A program made the translations under genes and the position numbers. 64,000 bases of DNA from Psammoneis japonica (Eukaryota). Shown piece by piece: positions 58,701-64,000 of the stretch; position 1 is the first letter of the stretch; each line of letters starts with the position of its first letter. The notes under the pieces were generated by a model, which was not told where the DNA came from, made no database searches, and worked only from the letters and a program-made list of their open reading frames with translations. Location: NCBI GenBank assembly GCA_008632985.1, contig QPGO01000069.1, positions 248,001-312,000 on the forward strand. Reading direction: 5' to 3'.

Positions 58701-61700
58701 TTCTCCTTCATGTTAAGAGCAGATGCAGACAGAGTCACATTCATCACGACTGACCCCCCGTTGGTTTCCTGCACCATCATCAACACGGGTGCCTCCATCT
58801 CTGTCTCTTGCACTCCCCCTGTCATGCGTGTTTGCTTTGCAGTCCATTGCATGCTGCTGTCAGTGAGCACAATGCAAGCTCTGTTGGCACTTTACACTGT
58901 TGCTTGCATCTTCTCTAACAGGGCTTTGGAGTGGCTGGTTTTGTTGTCTGACAGTTCCTGTGCACAGGGGCATGGTGCAGTTGTGTGTTTTGGTGGTTTC
59001 TGGAGAAGCAAGACTTTTGTTCTGGGATGCACTGCAATCACAGTGCCAGGTGCTGCAATTCTGCACATGTGCACCTGGCAGCCATGTGCTGGATCCTGCT
59101 GTCTTCTGCACCCCTTCTGCAATTTAAAATTCTGGCTAGCATTGTGGCTGGTGGCCTGTTTTTTTTTCAAAACCAAGCTCTGATGCACAGTTGATTGAAG
59201 ATTCAAACACCATGTCTGTCTTTCCATCACACGTCAGGTCACTGCACCCTTTTTTCATGCACAAATCTGTGGTTTGTTTGAGTCACGGTGAGGTGGCTGC
59301 TCCCAATTCATTCAGCTGGACTGCTGCTTTGATCCAGGGCATTTGACTTGCTTCATCACCCCATCTGGCAGTCTGGGGAAACTGACCCCTCTGTTGGAGT
59401 GATCTGAGTGTCAATGTCATGCTCACTTGTTGCTTTGCAGCTGACATCCTGCAAACCAGAAGTGTGCAAGAAGGTTGTCAGAGCAGTCAAGCATGCCATT
59501 AAATGAGTGTGATGTGCCTTGCACACAATCCACAAAACACTCCACATGAGTGTGACAAAGCCTCTCTGTCACAGCTGGACTGTGCTGGCCTGGGATCAGG
59601 CCCACAATCATCCAACCATTGACCATCTCTCAAGTCAAATCAAAGAACCCATTCTGTGGCACAACCACTCACACACTGGCTTTGCAAGGTTGGTGTCTTG
59701 GTGGAAGAATGATGCCAACTTCATGGCTTTGCACACAATGCCATTAGCATCCATTGCAAGTCCATGTCAATTTGGCTCAACATTGGCAACATGACCACGC
59801 AGCTCACCTGCATGAGGGGACCGCACACCCCATGCTTGTTCATGCCATGTGCAGGTGATTGCAGCCTTGACTGTTTGCACAAGTCCATGGTGTCCTTCTT
59901 GTCTGGGGCCAACTGCAACATGTTGCCCCTCAATCAAGTGGTGCACTCATCCTTCATGTGCTCTTTGCTGTCTTTGTGTTGTCCATGCAACACACAACAA
60001 ACTTTGCCTTGCCACAAGGTTTGGTCTCCATGATGATTTCCCGAAATTCCTTGGCTTTGTGTGCTCGCCAAGCACACTTGCCAATCTCATGTGGCAGACT
60101 GTTGTCACTGTGGATGGAGAAGTGCAGTGGTGGAGATGTGCTCATGCACTTGAGGACTCCACAGTCCCTTGGTTGCTTGAACCCAGACTGCAAGTGCTTC
60201 AAAAGTGCCAGTCTGGAAAGCCAACACATGATTGGGTTGAGGTTGTCAAGAATTGCTGGGGTGGGGAATGCCACATTGTGGCCATGATGGTCCTTTGCCT
60301 CATGATGGAGATTGTGGGGGACAAGCTGGAGGAGCCACATGCCATGGTCTGTCAATGCAGTGGACTGCTGAAAAGTGATTCCAACAAGTTTGAGTCTTCC
60401 ATTGTGGAGTGCCAGCATGCAAAGACATGCATGTTGGGTGGAGACCCTGTTTTTCACCTTGTCAATCTTGACTGAATGACATTGAAAGTGTTGGTGTTCA
60501 AGGACATTTTCCATCCTTGAAGAAGGAACCATGGTGGGATGTTGTCACCAGAGAGAAGATGGGAGAGCCAGATTTTCCATTGTTGCAGGATGATCCACCA
60601 ACATTGTGCAAGGGTGTGAAGCCAAGATTGCACACATGGAGGCCACAAGAAACCCCAATCACCAAAAAACTCACCATGTCACAAGACTGGGTGTGTGCCA
60701 TTCTTTCACATGACAAATGGAGAAAAGAGTTCATGGAGACAACAGTGCAGCCAAACTGATCAACATGATGAGTGGTCAATGGAAAGCAACCAAATGGCGC
60801 CAGCAAAACCCAGCTGTCTTGTTCCAACAAGTTGGGATGACTTGGCCTTTTGAAAACAGCACTGCTGTCAAAAACTCACTTTTCAAACCATTGGTGCCAG
60901 AGGTGCAGACAAACTGGAATGTTGTTCTGGCATGGATCCAGAAGCTTGTTGAGGAAACAATTGTTGAAGTTGCTGACATGGCCATTGCCACAACATTCAG
61001 GGGAACAAATTCTTTTCAGTTCCGCCATCAAGATGTGATCTCCATTGCAAGGCATCACATGATGAAGGCCACCTTTCACTTCAGTCACCTTTCCTTCACA
61101 GCCTGCATGCATTGAAATGACAAGCAAACATGACCTCTTTGCAATGAAAAGATTCTGACTGATGTGTGTCATGTCAAAGAATTCATTGTCTGAGTGCTTG
61201 TTTTTCACAATGCAGTGGGATTTGCAAATGCAGTTTTCCCTGTCATGGTGTGCAACTGCTTCCCCACTTCAATTGGCAAAGGCAGCACACAGGGTTTTCA
61301 TGATGATCTCCACTGTTTCTTCCACAATGCTGTTTTGCCTTGGCTCAGAGGGAAGCATCAGAAACATCCACTCCTTCATTGCCTTGCTGGTTTTGGTGAT
61401 GTTGGCCAGGTTGATGAAACAAAAGGGAATGAATCAAATGGTTGCCTTCAACTCCATCACAGATTGGTCACACCAAGATCTTTGAAGTTCAGAATGAGAG
61501 GGGTCCTCGCAGAACATGCAGCCAGTGTGGCACTCTCCCATTTGAGAGTGGCAGGAATGCCCCAGTTCCTTGATGCCTTGCACTGACAGAACCACACCAG
61601 CCATTGAGAAACACTGTTCACACCAGATCTTTCAGCTTGAGAGGAAAAATTGATGACAATGCAGATGAAATCATGGCGAAAGTTTCCTCTTCTCTTTTTG

Positions 61701-64000
61701 AAGCTTGCAGTCAATCCATGATGGTTGATGCAACCAAATGGCCAGCATGGAATTTCCTCAGGTGAGTGGGTTTCAACTTCAATTGCTGTGTCCAACATGT
61801 GTGAAAATGGCGACAAAGTGGCAAGGCTGGGAATGTGCAAGTGCCCAAGCATGGAACAGCTGCACTGTGCCAAGGAAGGAAAGGCAGCAAGTTCAAAGAT
61901 GGCATTCACAGAGGAAAGCAAATGACCAAAAGCATCAAATTTGCACTTCATCTGCACTGCTTTAAAATTGGGGATGCACTTGTCAACCAGCGCGCTGGTT
62001 CTGAAGTGTTCCATGCTGACATGCTGATGCTTTTAGGAGACTGGGGAAGAGAGCTGCAAATGTCCCACACAGCATTGACATGTGGTGGACAAAAATGCTC
62101 TCCTCCACAACCTGTCTGTCATGCTCTTGACTCATGCATCCAATTGCAGCAGTGCACTGTGGCTCTCTGGCATTGCCAAAGGCACCCCAAGAGAGCAAAA
62201 CAATGTTTTTTTTTCATTTTTTCACAGAGCTGCTGGGCTTGTTGAAATGACTTTCCAAAAGATGCCAGCACACAACATCCAGGGTGGATCTTGTTGCGCC
62301 TTTCTTGGCAATGTTGTTGCTGGGGTGATTGTGGTTGAACAAAAATGCATCATCTGACTGCCAGTGAAGACCTTGAACTTGCTTGATCCAGTCAGAAACA
62401 AAACCAAATGCAGACAAAACTGTGGGATCCTCAACCAAGCACATGATGCCAATGCCAACACCATTGTGAGAATGTTTCCATCTGGTGCATTGACTCAAAT
62501 TTTTTTTTTTCATCATCCTTGTGCATGCCCAGCAATTGATGCTTGGTGAAACCAGAGGAGGAAGAAGACTTGGACACAGAAAAGGCATGACAACCATCCA
62601 ACTCTGTCAGATCATCAGCAGGTGTTTGGCTGGCTTTCCTGGAAAGAGCCCGGAAATCCAGATGATCAAGGATGGAATGACCAACATTGACAACATGGAA
62701 GCAATGATTGCCGTGGTCACTGTTGGTGAATGGACTTCAAAACTCAAGGCATTGCCAGTGTGATGGAAAGTGGCAATGGACTTTTCCATGTTCTTGGAGC
62801 AAGCCATCATGCAGCAACAATGCCTCCCGTCAATGCAAGTGGATGCCCAGCCAATGTCAAGATCAGGCAGCACCAAGTGAGTGCAAATGACATGCTGCAC
62901 TGCTGCTCTTGACTTGCCTTCCCCACATTGCACAATTCTGGTGCACTCTTCCAGAAGGCATCTTTGGGTTGCTTGCAGACCATGCCAACATTCTCAAGTC
63001 CTCTCCATTTGCTGGGCAATGATTTGGGGACAGAAGCAGAAGTCTTGGTGGAGACAAGAGAAGGAGCTGTTGCAGAAGATTGAGGCAGACTTTTTTGGAC
63101 TGGTGACCACTTGTTGGCCAAGGCCACTCGTGGGGACAGAGATGGCAGCAGAAATGTCAGAAGCACACCACACAGATGAAATGACATGCACAGGAAGCAG
63201 AGCTTGACTTGGAGCCAACAGAACAGTGAAAGGGAGTGACAAAGACATTGTCAGACCAGATGTGGCATTGAAAAATGAGGGTGGCACATTGAACAATTGA
63301 GCTGGAATGGCAGGAGAGGATGCACCCCCCACAGTGCAAGACATCAAGCTCAAATCAATGCAGGAAGAGACACAGTGGGACAAGGCACCAAATGCAAGGT
63401 TCCACCAAGCACACCTTCTCCTGATCTCTGCAAGATCCCAATCCCACAAAGAAGGATCCAGCTGTTGCACCAAAGCAATGTGTGGGTGCACAGTGGGAGC
63501 GGTCATGGACAGAGTTGTTTGAAGGCAACTGAGACAAGCAAACTGCACCGCTGACTGGGCAGGCATGGGATGAACCCTGGCATCATCATCAGAGAGCCAT
63601 TGAACCATCACAGTTAAAAGATGTCTTGTCTTCTCTGTCAAAGAGCTCAAGCCTGCTCTTTTTGCTGAAAAACACTCAAAATCTTTCCTCTGTCTGTCTG
63701 TGGTGTGATGGGTGAGCAAACAACATGGGAAAGTGACAACTCAGTGAGCTGGCCATGAGCAAGGCAAGGCAGATGGTGGCAAGTTCACTTTTGCTCCATT
63801 GTGGCTTCAACAGTTGACTTGCCAAGAAGAGAAAGGTCTGGGAGCACCAAAAGAGAAAATGCAAACTCAATCAAGAATGTGCAGTGCAGGCAAGCAAGGA
63901 AAAAGCTGTGAGGGCCCAGAAGACAACCTCCATTTCCAATGTCAATTTCTCATTGACAATCAGCAATGCCAATTTCTCAAGTGTTGAAAAACTTGAGGAG
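55800..64000. other. Heavily decayed repeat-like DNA, depleted of both TpA and CpG; family not identified
   Basis: Saturated with TG/CA, only Tyr-free spurious ORFs. Internal direct repeat at 56597-56710 / 56800-56914. Confidence 0.65.

Noticed and set aside
59300..64000. Assignment of the distal decayed block to a specific TE family
   Set aside because: No motif I could recognise with confidence after the heavy mutation.

Overview
Eukaryotic scaffold window, most likely from a diatom (ASAFAP plastid-targeting motif, CoDi-like copia element, short GT-AG introns), with two N gaps. It alternates between intact genes and decayed repeat blocks. The intact genes are a secreted SET-domain protein, an EEP-family nuclease/phosphatase, a dense housekeeping cluster at 17-38 kb (PDAP1-like, ABCB10-like, SepSecS, methyltransferase, small thylakoid peptide, P5A-ATPase, PPR, PA-RING, V-ATPase C, inositol 5-phosphatase), an AEP-like orphan and a secreted bacterial-like protease candidate. 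The repeat blocks lie at ~2.8-4.7, 6.6-16.7, 38.5-41.0, 42.2-50.9 and 54.8-64 kb. The main observation is that the repeat blocks have lost almost all TpA dinucleotides, which appear converted to TpG/CpA (A>G on either strand). Support comes from the two LTRs of one copia element, from systematic Tyr>Cys/His changes in conserved motifs of three unrelated retroelements, and from local duplications. The change prefers 5'-TAY-3', seems to run ahead of CpG decay and fades near genes. It looks like a repeat-targeted adenine hypermutation process running in the opposite direction to fungal RIP. All counts are by eye and need computing.
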